A stretch of DNA of 64,000 bases, taken from Eledone cirrhosa. Its lineage: Eukaryota. The translations under genes were made by a program, and so were the position numbers. The stretch is from contig OZ024742.1 in the NCBI GenBank assembly GCA_964016885.1, positions 142,476,001-142,540,000 of the forward strand, written 5' to 3'. Under the pieces are notes generated by a model, which was given only the letters and a program-made list of their open reading frames with translations, searched no databases and was not told the DNA's origin. Shown in pieces: positions 11,514 through 24,197 of this stretch (its first letter is position 1; each line of letters begins with the position of its first letter).

Positions 11514-11913
11514 TGTGGGTATGGTGTGGTGTGCGATGGCCGGAAGCGGGGGAGTGCTCGACTGGAAAAGTGCTTGACCGGAAGGGTGCTTGGCCGGAAG
11601 GGTGCTTGGCCGGAAGGGTGCTTGGCCGGAAGGGTGCTCGACCGGAAGGGTGCTTGGCCAGAAGGGTGCTTTTCCGGAAGGGTGCTTTGCCAGAAGGGTG
11701 CTCGACCGGAAGGGTGCTTGGCCGGAAGGGTGCTCGGCCGGAAGGACCAGCAGGTTGGCCTCTCTCTAGCGGTGATCAGGAACGTGGTGGACGTCAGTTT
11801 TGCAGCTCCCGGTTAACGAATTGGATTGTATGCACGTGGAAGAGGAGAAACCAGCCATGGGATCTAGCGGCGCCTGTGAAAAGCGGTAAGTGAGGTAGCT
11901 TTTTCTAACCACA
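11514..11913 (+). repeat. 3' LTR (400 bp)
   Basis: TGTGGG...CCACA; 96 bp longer than the 5' LTR, equal to 6 extra 16-bp units. Confidence 0.95.
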
Positions 11914-12277
11914 CCCAGTACACTCTGGAAGAGCATCCAGCCGTAGAAATGCTGCACAATATGGAACGTAAAAGTAAGACGAGGTCTCTCCGACCCATCT
12001 AGTCTCACACAGTGAGAACTCATCCAAACACACCAGCAAGAAATATAAACTTAAAATGGTGATGAAATACAGAAATACAGACTTAAAATGATAAATACAT
12101 ACATATATATATATATCAACCCCATCATCATTTTTATGTCTATTTTTCCATGCTTGCATGGGCTCGATAGGGTTTTATTTATGTGTATGCTTATGTATAT
12201 ATTTGTGATTTTACGCATGTGTGTATATGTGTGCTGTGTTTTATTTGTGCATATGTATGTTCGTCTCTGCATATATA

Positions 12278-14770
12278 CAGTGAGTCCTCGATATACGGTA
12301 TATATGCGTTCCAGAAACCCTTACCGTATATCGAATTACCGTATAAAGAACCCATTATAACATGAAATAGATAGGGATGCGTTCCAGCACATCAAAAAAG
12401 TCATCCGTAAAGAAAAGAAATAATGTTTTTTTTTTATTTACTGTATCTTACACATGCCGTGTAGTCCATCAGATGATGTGCCTCTTCATTTGTCCCTCCC
12501 GAGGCTAAGGGACAGTATGGGTTTCAACCCTTACTTATCTTGGGCTGAGTTGGCAGGGGAGGATGAGGGTGATGTGGGAGGCTCAAAACCAACAAACTCG
12601 TTGACTGCAGTGGATGTTGAAGGGCCAGCTGTACCACGGTTGGCAGGTGTGACTGGCTTGAAGAAGGAGTAGATGGAGGACTGTTTGGCGGTGTTTCTTT
12701 TGGCTTCATACATTTCTTGGTAAATCTTGACGCTTTTCTCAACGTCTTGAACCACTTTGCTGCTCCTAGCAGGGTTGGGGTCACACTCCTTCAGGGTTTC
12801 TAAGATTGTTTCGATACTCCCGAGACATTCTCTTAGAGTTTTTATGTCCAAGCCACGCACAGGTTCTTCTTCCTCCTCTTCTTTTTCTGTCTCCTGTATC
12901 GCCTTGTCTAGTTCTATGAGTTCCTCATTGGAAAGTGGTTCAGCGTGGCTTTTCAAAAGGTCTTGCACATCATCATCATTAACACCATCGAAGCCAGCTC
13001 TATGGCAGAGATTTACAATATCTTTTTTTATCGATGTCCTCAGCAAAGCCTTGGAAGTCATTCACACATGCTGGCCATAATTTCTTCCAGGCCAAGTTCA
13101 TGGTAGACTGCTTCACTTCTTCCCAAGATGCCTTGATGTTGTCTAAGCCGTGCTTGATGTTGTACAATTTCCACCATTCCCTGATCGTAGGCTTGTCAGG
13201 CCCATCTGTGCCCTTTATCAGCTGCTGCATGGTTCTCCACTGGTAGTATGCCTTAAATGTTTTGATGACTGTTTGATCCATCGGCTGAATGAGAGTTGTG
13301 GTGTTTGGGGGAGAAACAAAACCTCAATATTTTCTGACCAGTCTTCCATTGCCCGTGGGTGGCTGGGGGCGTTGTCCACTAATAGCAGAAAACGGTTGGC
13401 AATGTTGTTAGCTAATGCATATTCCTTAAGGGTTGGTGACAGATATGGGTGAAAAAATCCTGGTGAATTGAAGTGATCAGCCATGCCTTCTTATTAGACT
13501 TCCATATCACTGGTCGGTATTGCTTAAGTAACCCCTTGAGTGCTCTTGGAGTTCACAGAATGGTAGATAATGAGTGGCTTTAGCTTTAAATCTCTTTCTG
13601 CATTCCCTCCAAGTAACAGAGTAACGCGGTCCTTTGAGGCTTTGAACCCCTTCGCACTTTTCTCCTCCTTGTCAATATAATTATTACTGGTCATCTTTTT
13701 CCAATAAAGTCCTGTTTCATCATAATTAGTAACCTGTTTTTTGCTGTACCCCTTCTCTGCAATGCATTTCTCTAACACTGCCTTGAATTTTTGAGCACTC
13801 CCTTTGTTGGAATTGGCAGCCTCACCTGTAACATTTATGTTGTGAAGACTCGAACGTCGTTTGAACTTATCAAACCAGCCTTTGCTTGCCTTGAATACAA
13901 AGTCCTCCACCCCCATTTCAGTCTTGAGCCTGTCAATAATGGACAATGCTTTCTCACTGATTACATTTGAAGACAGAGGCATATTTTGACAATTTTGGTC
14001 GTCGATCCAAATTTTGAGCAACCTTTCTATCCTATCCATAATCGGCTCACCATGTTTGGTCAACAATTTACTCTGTAGACTTGTAGCATTCTCCCCAGCC
14101 TTTTTGACAGCCTCACTATTTTTTAAAACAGTCCAGACTGTAGACTGCGCTAGGCCTAAGTTACAGCTTATGGCGGACGTACCTTGACCCTGTCCCTTCC
14201 TTTTCAAAATGTCCAGCTTTATCTCCAAAGTCAGGCTCTTCCTCATGCGTTTGGCCTTTCCATCTGCATCAGCAATATTTGCAGGACGTTTTGGAGCCAT
14301 GAGATATGGGTTATAAGATATGCCGTGATAATTATGCTCCAAAAACACGCCGTTGGGTTTTCTCTTACTTTGAATGACGCCATAACTCTTAACTGATCAC
14401 TTCAGTTCGGCAAAAATTCTCTCACTGAGAGAACACGCTAGTTTGCCGAACTGAAGTGATCAGTTAAGAGTTATGACGTCATCGACCGATATCTGAACTC
14501 ACTCGTGATTGGCCAGTTTCTCGGTAAGGTCAGTTAGTACAATAGCAGTAGTAACACAATTTTCCTAGAATTCGAATAGCAGTCAGTTTCCACGAATTCA
14601 AGGGGGAATGTATTGCTTACTACAGGTGGCGCTACGGTACAATATAAACAAAACACGACCAAAAACCATATCTGTAAATTTTTTTTACCGTAAATAGAAT
14701 TGATGGTAGTAATTACCCAAAACAGTATCTGAATTTACCGGATAAAGAACTACCGTATATCGAGGACCCA

Positions 14771-14773
<3 letters not shown>
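12278..14773 (-). mobile_element. Full-length Tigger/pogo-family DNA transposon
   Basis: 23-bp TIRs CAGTGAGTCCTCGATATACGGTA / TACCGTATATCGAGGACCCACTG (1 mismatch); TA on the left, TG on the right, within a TA repeat. Confidence 0.93.
12531..14300 (-). pseudogene. Tigger-like transposase, frameshifted
   Basis: MAPKR start, CENP-B-type HTH (FKASKGWFDKFKRR), DDE motifs NYDETGLYWK, LLVDNAPSHP, MDQTVI; split over four ORFs. Confidence 0.9.
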
Positions 14774-14774
<1 letters not shown>

Positions 14775-14821
<47 letters not shown>

Positions 14822-14847
14822 TATATATATATACCTATATATATATA

Positions 14848-14882
<35 letters not shown>
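14775..14882. repeat. (TA)n microsatellite
   Basis: Direct reading. Similar tracts at 17707-17759, 34821-34888, 37725-37810 and 38767-38818. Confidence 0.95.
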
Positions 14883-14884
<2 letters not shown>

Positions 14885-15284
14885 ACCACTTAAAAATATA
14901 ACATGACAATTGATTACATCGAATATAACAATATGCACCACACCTTAGTGGTTCAACAGGTGAAGATCATTAAAAAATCTACCATGTTTAAAAATAAATA
15001 CAGATTGATGTCATAAAGGGCATCAAACTGTAAAATCCCACCTCAAAAAAGTCTCTAACAACCCTATCTATGCCAGTTTGAAAAAGTGGCTATACAAAAA
15101 TGATAAATGCTAGAAGGTATGTAAACAATTGATATCTTATCAGGAAATATCTCAATCTATTTTATCTTTTGATAATCTCAAGGAGATACACACACAGATA
15201 TATACACATACACAATCACACACATACACACTCTTCCATACATATGTAGAGAGTGTGAGCAGAAGAAAGAAAAAAATAAATTAC

Positions 15285-15356
15285 TTTAAGAAGTGCTGTT
15301 GTTGTTTGCTGTATAGACTGTACAACCTCCAGTGTTGCTGATTCAGTTTCTTTCAT
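15285..15356 (-). CDS. FCHO2: FCHo1/2-like exon (72 nt)
   Basis: tttcAG|ATG...AAA|GTaa. Encodes MKETESATLEVVQSIQQTTTALLK (FCHO2 TKEEVAGTLEAVQTIQSITQALQK). Confidence 0.93.
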
Positions 15357-16272
15357 CTGAAAAACACAAAAATATAAGGTAAATAGAAAAATGCTCTTTA
15401 GAGTAGAGTAAACTATGAGTGAATACATGTCAGTGGTATGATGTTGTTTGTTTGTTTCATATTATTACACTGAACAGCTAGACTCACTAGCAAACATTCC
15501 ATTATTAACTAATCAAGTTAACAACAAACAACAGCCAAATTACATTGTTTCACCAAAGTCAACTCTTTTGTTACTATGTCTTAGGAAAGGCAATAGCTAG
15601 GATTTTCAACTAATTTTGATAATAATCAAAAATTTTGAGGAATTTAATAATATAACTTTCTTATCATTAACTGGCATCTGAAGCATAATTAAACAAATAT
15701 TCTGACAAAATTATGATGAAATGTTTTAAAATAAATATAAGCACTTGAACCCATTCATTAACATATTTCTAATGAAAGACACTGCCTATAATTTTCAAAC
15801 TATTTTGAAAATACAGAATTCGGAGAGATTAAGTAATAATATAACTATCTTTCTCGTTACCATAATTTTAATGAAGGACTATTATTAAGCTGATATTTTC
15901 ATCACCATATTTTTAATTAAAGACATTTTCACATCATTTTGAAAATAATAAAGAATTTGGAGAGATTTAGTAATATAACTAACTTTCGGGTCGATAAAAT
16001 AAAGCACCAGTAAATCACTGGGATAATTGCTGGCCTTGTGCCAAAAGTAGAAACAATTATTAAACTGGTGTAAAGAACATAAAGGCTTTTACATACAATG
16101 ATGATGGAAGGAAGGTTCTTAGATAAATATAAATATTTTTAAATAAAAAGCTTCATTTTTAAATAAAAAGTTTCATATCAAAAGTGTTAAACCACTTTTT
16201 GGGGAGAGGTAACTTCCTTTTCTTCCAAATCTCCACTATAAATACTTTACAGAATCACTTATGTAATATAAT

Positions 16273-16459
16273 TGTTTCTACTTTTTGGCACAAGGCCAGC
16301 AATTACGCAGTGCATTACTGGTACTTTATTTTATCGACCCCCGTAAGGATGAAAGGCAAAGTTAACCTCGGCGGGATTTGAACTCAGAATGGCAAGGGCC
16401 GTAACTCTATGCGTCAAAGCATGGCGTCCGACCCTCTACCAATACTGCCAATCCACCGT
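16273..16459 (-). mobile_element. tRNA-derived SINE (Nin/Deu-like) with 15-bp TSD
   Basis: CTTATGTAATATAAT at 16258-16272 and 16460-16474. Confidence 0.88.
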
Positions 16460-16645
16460 CTTATGTAATATAATGGCACTTTGATGTTGTTAAGGTTTGT
16501 ATTGTTACATAGTCGTGATGAAGATAATTTTATGTAATAAGTATTTTAATTATACTATGAAGAGCAGTATTTACATATATTGACAGATAAGCAGTCTGGC
16601 CTAAAGTGAGTAGTGTGTTGTTACTACTCTAATGATAAGACATAA

Positions 16646-16830
16646 TTGTTTCTACTTTTGGCACAAGGCCAGCAATTATCCCAGTACAATACTGGTACTT
16701 TATGTTATCGACCCCGTAAGGATGAAAGGCAAAGTTAACCTCGGTGGGATTTGAACTCAAATCGTAAAGGGGCGTAACTCTATGCTGCAAAGCATGGCGT
16801 CCGACCTTCTACCAATTCTGCCAATCCACT
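16646..16830 (-). mobile_element. tRNA-derived SINE (Nin/Deu-like) with TSD
   Basis: Flanked by CTAATGATAAGACATAAT on both sides. Confidence 0.85.
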
Positions 16831-17704
16831 CTAATGATAAGACATAATACAAAGTAGCTATGCTCATGTTACAACATTGTTTGTTACATAATACTACATT
16901 TAATAACTGAATTCATTAGTAAATATTCCAATATTAACAAATCAAGTTAACAACATAACATTATTTCACAAATATTTGTTACCATATTTCTTGATAAAAA
17001 TCAAGAATAATTATGAGGGGTTTAATAATATAAGTAACTTTATTCCTATTAAACTGGTGTTTGGAACATAACTTAATAAATATTTTTACATAAAATTATG
17101 ATGAAAGTTTTAAAATGAATATAGATAATTGAACCATTTTATTAACATATTTCTTATGAAAGACAGCCTATAACTATTAAATCCTTTTGAATATTGAAGT
17201 ATTTGAAAGGATTTAACAATATAATTAGCTAGAGTTTGGAACATAACACAACTCTTTCATTACCATATTTCTCATGAAAGACACTGCCTCTGATTTTCAA
17301 AGCATTTTGAAAATAATCCAGAATTTAGTAATATAACTAACTTTCTCATTATTTAACTGGTGTTTCAAACATATCAAAGGTTGTTACTTAAAATTATGAT
17401 GGAAGGTTTTTAGATAAATATTACTATTTTTAAATAAATAGCTTTGTATCATAGGACCAGAAATGGTTTGGTATCAAAGGGTTAAACCACTTTTTTACAG
17501 CAATACTATACTGCAGCCTTTTTGTCCATCTGTCAACAAAAACTTCGATAAATCAAACATTCTAAAAAAATTTTACTTAGTATTCATGGAACAGAAATGT
17601 TAGCTGATAAAAAAAGAAAGTGGAATGTAAGTATTCCCTTTCAACAGAATTGTCTATCTGTTTCTCTATCTATCCATCTACTATATGTGTTTGTATCTAT
17701 GTGT

Positions 17705-17765
<61 letters not shown>

Positions 17766-19617
17766 AATATATATATTCTATTACTAGTTTCAATCATTAG
17801 ATTACGATCAGGTATGGACATTGTCTTGAAGTGATTTAGTCAATCACATCAACCCCAGTATTTATCTGTTTTAATTCTGGTGCATATTTTATTCATCTCT
17901 TTTGACAAACAGCCAAGTTACTAGACATAAATGAACCAACATAGACACACACACATAATTGGTCAAACCAAGGTTACCATAGAAGACATTTGTTAAGATT
18001 TGGTAAAGAAACTGAATATTTGTTATTCCATCTGTAAAACAATGGCTTATGTACAAGCAAATATAAATATTTTACAAAAACTACTCTTGTAATACAACTA
18101 ACTCTTCTTTGGTTTATTCCATTACCAGCAACATCTGTTCCTTTTTCCTTGTCTGGTGATGAAGATAAGACAATAAAATAAATCTTCTTAAATATTTTGT
18201 GCTATACACAATACCTACAGCCATTCCAACTACACTCACTCATTCAATAGGTTGCACATTTGATAGAGTGCCAAATCTGACTAACAAACCAGTTTAACTA
18301 TTGCCAGCATACAAGAATAGATGTTAAAATAATGATAAGCAATTACTGGTTGGATCAGAAACATTTTGTAGTTGTTAAATATCTAAATGCATAAATAACA
18401 GCATCGACTTTCAAGGTCGATAAATTTAAGATAGAAGGTTGCTATTAGAGAAGTGTAAACATTCAGTGATCACTATTAAACACACACACATGTGTGTGTA
18501 TATATGCACATATACATATACAGAACAAGCATTTTAAGACTTTTTCCCTGTTTGCAAGCCACATGTTCATCATAGGGTCTGTCAAGAGGCAATGATTTTT
18601 TTATGGTTGGATGCCCCTTCTTGATCCCAACCCTTTTAGTTACCTCTTAAGATACACAGTGATATCATGTACTACTTCTAATCTGGATACATTTATGTAT
18701 ATATGAGCATGTATGTGTCATAATTTTACATCTGCATTCAAATAATGATCACAGACATACACATAAATATAGAATTATTGTTTACTTAGAGCAGTGCCCA
18801 TGATCCTTTTCAGAGCCTTCAAGATGAGTATGCCAGTGAAAGAAAGGTGTCCTCAAATGGGAGACCAGGCCCAAACACTTGCAATAGAGAGGGCTTCATT
18901 GTACGTACCCAAGGGCTAAGTGTTCATGCTTAACCAGGTAACTGATAAAGTCAACTATCAAGGTAGGTCACAACACAAAGCAAACAGAGTCAATAAAATA
19001 AAGTACCAGTCGAGGATGAAGAGACTGGTGAAATTGTTAAGTGTCAGATGAGCTACCTTGCAGTATCTGATCACACTCATTGTGTTTTGAGTTCAAATCC
19101 TACTTAGGTGGTCAACTTGTCAGCGTAAGCATGGCTAAGTGGTTAAGAAGTTTGCTTTGCAGCTGTGAGTTTCCAGGTTCAATCCCACTTTGTGGCATAT
19201 TGGACAGCTGTCTCTATGAGAGTCTCTGACAGACCGAAGCCTTGTGAGTCAAACTGGGTAGATGGAAACTATGTGGAAGTTTGTCAGATGGACAGTACCT
19301 TAATTCAAAGGTCCAGCCTTGTCACATATAGTATTCCACTGATCCAACTTGTGAATTACATGTTTGTGGAATACTCAGCCACATTAATCTATGAGTTGGA
19401 TGTTTAGTTGATTGTTAGGGTTAAGGGATAGGGGTTAAGGTTAGGGTTGACTTAATCCATGAACTGTTTTAAACACTACAACCTGGCCCACGGGTACCTT
19501 TAGCGGAGTTCACTCTATTGCATGTACTCTATTTTACAGTCATACAACAGAAAATGCATAATATACCAATGATATCAAAAGAAAATTGCTGGCATCATTC
19601 CAACAATAAATATTTGT

Positions 19618-19874
19618 TTAACCCTTTTGATTCCAAGCCACCTGAAACTGCCCCCTGATTCTATGATATAAAAAAACTGTTTTAAAGTGTCTATATTTAT
19701 CTAAAAACCTTCCATCATAATTTTATGTACAAACTTTTGTTATGCTCAAAATACCAGATTAACAATGAGAAATTTAGTTATACTACAAAATCCCTTTAAA
19801 TTCTTAATTATTTTCAAAATTATTTGAAAACCATAGACTGTTTTTCATTAGTAATATGTTATTGAAAGAGTTGA
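19618..19874. mobile_element. TTAA-flanked MITE (piggyBac-like); many related copies in window
   Basis: TTAACCCTTTTGAT... terminus and shared internal blocks (AAAACCTTCCATCATAATTTTATGT). Relatives at about 2549-2977, 17250-17485, 33907-34168, 36931-37260 and 51640-52148. Confidence 0.65.
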
Positions 19875-20196
19875 CAATAACAAAAAACTGTTCCTGAAAA
19901 ACTAATTATTATATATAGAGTTCGAAATTTCATTTCAACAAGTAGTGCAAATTATATTCATTTATTATATAGGTATAATAAGGAAGCAAGTTTCTGGAGA
20001 TTATATAATCAATTATATCTACTACCAGTATTTTATTTTATCAAACACAGAAGGATGAAAGGCAAAATTGACTTCATTGAAATCTGAGCACACAATGTAA
20101 AGGACTGTAACTAAATACTACAAGGTTTTTATCAGGTGATCTAACAATTCTGTGAATCCACTGCCATTAGTTTTACTAATTATTAACAATACTTAC

Positions 20197-20338
20197 ATTC
20201 TTGTGTCGCCGATGCTGTTCTTCATTATAACGAGCAACATCTTTGATAAGTTCTGACCATGTGCATACGAGCTGCATGTGCAATGTGGCCAATTTTTCGA
20301 CAAAAGATTTCAGCAATAACCAAAAGGGAGAAAATGTT
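20197..20338 (-). CDS. FCHO2: FCHo1/2-like exon (142 nt)
   Basis: ttccAG|A...AAT|GTaagt. Encodes TFSPFWLLLKSFVEKLATLHMQLVCTWSELIKDVARYNEEQHRRHKN, homologous to FCHO2 [47 protein letters not shown]. Confidence 0.95.
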
Positions 20339-21055
20339 CTGGAAAATAATAAAACAATTCAAATAAAATTTCAAGAAAAGAAATAGGAATATATATATGT
20401 AAATAAAATCGATTGCCAACTTGTACTCATGTCACCTGCTGAACCAAGCTACACCAAATTCATCTAGCTCTAACTCTACATTCACTAACCACCAGATTAT
20501 GTTTGGTGGTACATTCTTCACAAGTTCACAAGGGACTGACTTTGTATTTACAACCATCAGTCTATCCAGATTTCTGGAGGGGAGGGGGGGGGGGGGGGGG
20601 GTTAAAAATCTATTTGGGTTGCGTGGTAGGTGTTCAGGTGGCTGGATTGTTTTCTGAAGTTATTGTTGTAGATAGTCAGGTCATTTGCATTACAGAACTT
20701 GCAGATAGGTCTTTTGATTATATATATATAAATATAAATTCACCGAGAATCGCATTTCGGTGAGTAGAAAAAGCGAAACGTAACACAAATTCCGAGTCAT
20801 GTTGGCAAACGCTCCATAGGCTAAAAGACTAGATCAATAAACATAGGTTATAAAGGCCATACAAACTTAGAAGGCAGTCAAGAAGCTATAGACCACCTAA
20901 GCCAAAAAACAAGTCAAGCTAAACAGGTCAGACAAAATAAATGACATAGTCATACATATATATATAACAAAACTGGACCCTTGGAATTGATGGTAAAATC
21001 CAGTACAGGGTTTCTGCGACACCTAAATCAATAATACTTATATATATATATATAT

Positions 21056-24000
21056 GTAAAATGGAGGGGTAGAAAGGGCCCTTGAGTCCAGTAAGACATT
21101 CTCTCTAGAGCTGGTGGCACAAATAAAAGCACCCAGTCCATGCTGTAAAGTGGAGCTGGTGTTAGGAAGGGCATCCAACCAGTATATCAATGCCAAAACG
21201 CTTATCAGCACAGCAACAAATAGATAGGAACAACAAAATATGAAGACGTCGCATCTCAGAGTTGCAACACTTAATGTTGCCACTCTCAGAGGTAGATCTG
21301 CTGAAATAGCGGAGATGCTGGAGAGAAGGCAGGTGGATGTGTGCTGCGTGCAAGAGGTGAGATGGAGAGGTGCCTCTGCGAGACTAGTCGTAGGCAAACA
21401 TCTTAGCTTTAAGCTTTTCTGGGTAGGTAAGGATGATGGGTTAGGGGTAGTAGGCATTTTCCTGGATGAGAGATGGATCAATAAGACAATAGAGGTAGTT
21501 CGAGTTAGTAATCGAATAATTAAGCGTAGATTAGTTGTAGGCAGGAGACTACTGACAATCATCTCTGCCTATGCTCTCCAAGCAGGCCTAGGCAAAGAAG
21601 AGAAAGACTGCTTTTACAAACAACCGCAATGACAGACAACGGAGACATCGTTATGCTAGCAGGGGACTTCAATGGTCATGCTGGACAGCTCCAGGATGGT
21701 TACACTGGGGTACATGGTGAGCACGGTTACGGCTCAAAAATTGAAGAAGGAGTGAGACTTCTTGAATTTTGTGATGCAAGTACACTGACTATTTGCAACA
21801 CTAACTTCCAGAAACCCGCCAACCACCTAATAACCTACAAATATGGCAAGCACATAGGCCAGATTGACTTCTTACTAGTTAGGCAGCGGGACAGGCAGAT
21901 AGTGTCTAATACCAAGGCATACCCTGGGGAAGAATGTACCCCAGATCATAGGTTAGTCGTTAGTGATATCTCAGTAAGCAAGAGATGGAATGAGCCATAC
22001 AGGAAGGTGTGGAAGCTAAAAGACCTTTCACTAAAATACAAATTTAGGATGTGTATGACGAAAAAGAAGACGATTTAGAGACGTATGACATAGATAATAA
22101 CTGGAATTTCTTACATGACAACTTACTGCAGGCTACTGATGAAACTTGTGGCTGGAGCAGAGCTCCAACCAGACAGAGAGTGACCTGGGGGTGGAACAGC
22201 ACAGTAGATAAGGCCATGAGAGACAAAAGACTAGCATGGAAGGCTTGGAAAAAGGGTGGGAGCAGGGAAGGATATACAGCCTCTAAGAGAGAAGCTAGAT
22301 GTCAGGTGTACTTAGCACGCAGGGAGGCTGAGAGTGGGAGGTTTGCCAATGTTCTGCGACGAGAAGATCAGAGGCGTGCGGTGTTCCACATTGCAAGGCA
22401 GTGTGTCAATGCAAATCAAGATGTTGTTGGAGATAAATGTGTCCGGAATGATGCCGGTGTACTTAGTGTCATGAATGATCAGAAAGAAGAGGCCTGGAAA
22501 TGTCATTATGAGAGACTGATGAATGTGGAGAACGAAGGGGAGAGAGAGAAATTACACTCAGTAGATCCAACAGAGGGACCAGCTATTGAAATTGACGAAT
22601 ATAGGGTCCAAGGGGCGATTAAGGAAATGGAAAATGGTAAGGCTGCTGGACCATCAGGGATAGTTGCTGAGATGCTGAAGGCATCAGGGGACATAGGCAC
22701 TAAACCGGTTTGCACGCATCATCAATCAGGCTATATATGGTGGTGTCATACCCAAAGACTGGTGCAGCAGTATTCTCATAAAGTGGCAGAAAAGCTATTA
22801 GCACAACTAATTAGAGAAAGGGTCAAACTAGATGAGATGTAGTTTGGTTTTTGTGCCTGGGAAGAGTACAACAGATGCCCTCTTCTTGGTGAGACAATTA
22901 CAAAATAGGTTCTTAGAGAAAAATAAGCCACTATACTTAGCCTTTGTTGACCTAGAGAAGGCCTTTGATACGGTACTCCGATCTATCATCTGGTGGTCCC
23001 TAAGGAAACTAGATGTTGAGGAATGGCTTGTGAGGACAGTGCAAACTTTGTACAGAAGTACTGTCAGTAAAGTCAGAGTAGGAATGGAGTTTAGTGAGGA
23101 ATTCCAGATACAAGTAGGAGTACATCAAGGTTCAGTCCTCAGTCCACTCTTGTTCATTATAGTCCTCCAAGCCATAACAGAGGAGTTTAAGACTGGCTGT
23201 CCATGGGAACTTCTCGATGCTGACGATCTGGTTCTTATAGCAGAATCAGTAGAGGAGCTAGAGAATAAATTCTGGCTATGGAAACAGCAGTTGGAAGCAA
23301 GAGGACTGAGAGTGAACCTAGCTAAGACAAAAGTGTTGATGAGTAGAAAAGAGGACAAAACTCTGATTCCGTCAGGGAAATGGCCATGTTCGATATGCAG
23401 AAAAGGAACTGGCATAAATTCTATAAAATGCACACAATGCAGATCCTGAGTACACAAGAGATGTAGCGGGATAGCAGGCAAACTAACAGGTAGGGAGAAA
23501 TACGTATGCAGTAGATGTACAGGGAAATTAGACAGTAGAAGTCGCATTGATAGACACATTTTTCAAATGCAGGCGGGTGCTACAGAAGTGGTGGATTGCT
23601 TCCGGTACCTAGGAGTTCAGATTAGCATGGGAGGGGGGTGTTCTGAGGCCATAGTATCTAGAATAAGGACGGGTTGGAAGACGTTTAGGGAGCTGCTTCC
23701 TCTGCTGACGAAGAAGAGTTTCTCCCTGCGTATGAAAGGCCGGTTATATGATGCCTGTGTGAGGAGCGCGATGCTGCATGGTAGTGAGACATGGGCAGCA
23801 ACTGCGACAGGTGGAGAGAAATGAGGCAAGCATGCTCCGTTGGATGTGCAGTGTCAATGTGCGTGAACGACCCAGCATGAATGTGTTGAGAGAGAAACTG
23901 TGTCTGAGAGGGATAGAATGTAGTGTGATAGAGGAGACTGAGGTGGTATGGACATGTGATGCGCATGGAGGATGACCGATGGGTGAAGAAGTGCCAGGAA

Positions 24001-24197
24001 ATGCCAGTTGAAGGAAGACGTGGTAGAGGTAGACCACGAAAAACATGGGCGGAGGTGGTGAGAACAGACCTCAGATCGCTGAAGCTCACGGTGGAGATGA
24101 CAAAGGACCGTGACAAGTGGAGAAATGCTGTGCTAAATAACACCCGTCCCACCCTTTCAAGCAGGGAAGAGCGGACGTAAAATGATGATGTTGATGA
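21056..24197 (+). mobile_element. Near full-length RTE LINE, multiple frameshifts and stops
   Basis: APE endonuclease (VATLNVATL, VQEVRW, GDFNGH, DHRLV), RT ([19 protein letters not shown]), PHD-like finger, (GAT)n tail; TA repeats on both flanks. Confidence 0.93.

Larger units (their letters stand above)
8193..11913 (+). mobile_element. Ty3/Gypsy-type LTR retrotransposon, 3.7 kb, defective, 5-bp TSD CCCAG
   Basis: Two TG...CA LTRs; CCCAG at 8188-8192 and 11914-11918; gag, protease, RT (YIDD), integrase order; GC-rich relative to flanks; inserted into an older SINE-like repeat. Confidence 0.95.

Noticed and set aside
15470-17250. Repeated blocks about 1.4 kb apart
   Set aside because: Old local duplication of MITE-containing intron sequence; no exon duplicated.
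19416-19448. TTAGGG-like run
   Set aside because: Only about 5 degenerate units; too short to call an interstitial telomere.
20739-20763. Hairpin TCACCGAGA/TTTCGGTGA followed by CGAAAC
   Set aside because: No CUGANGA core or other recognisable ncRNA context.
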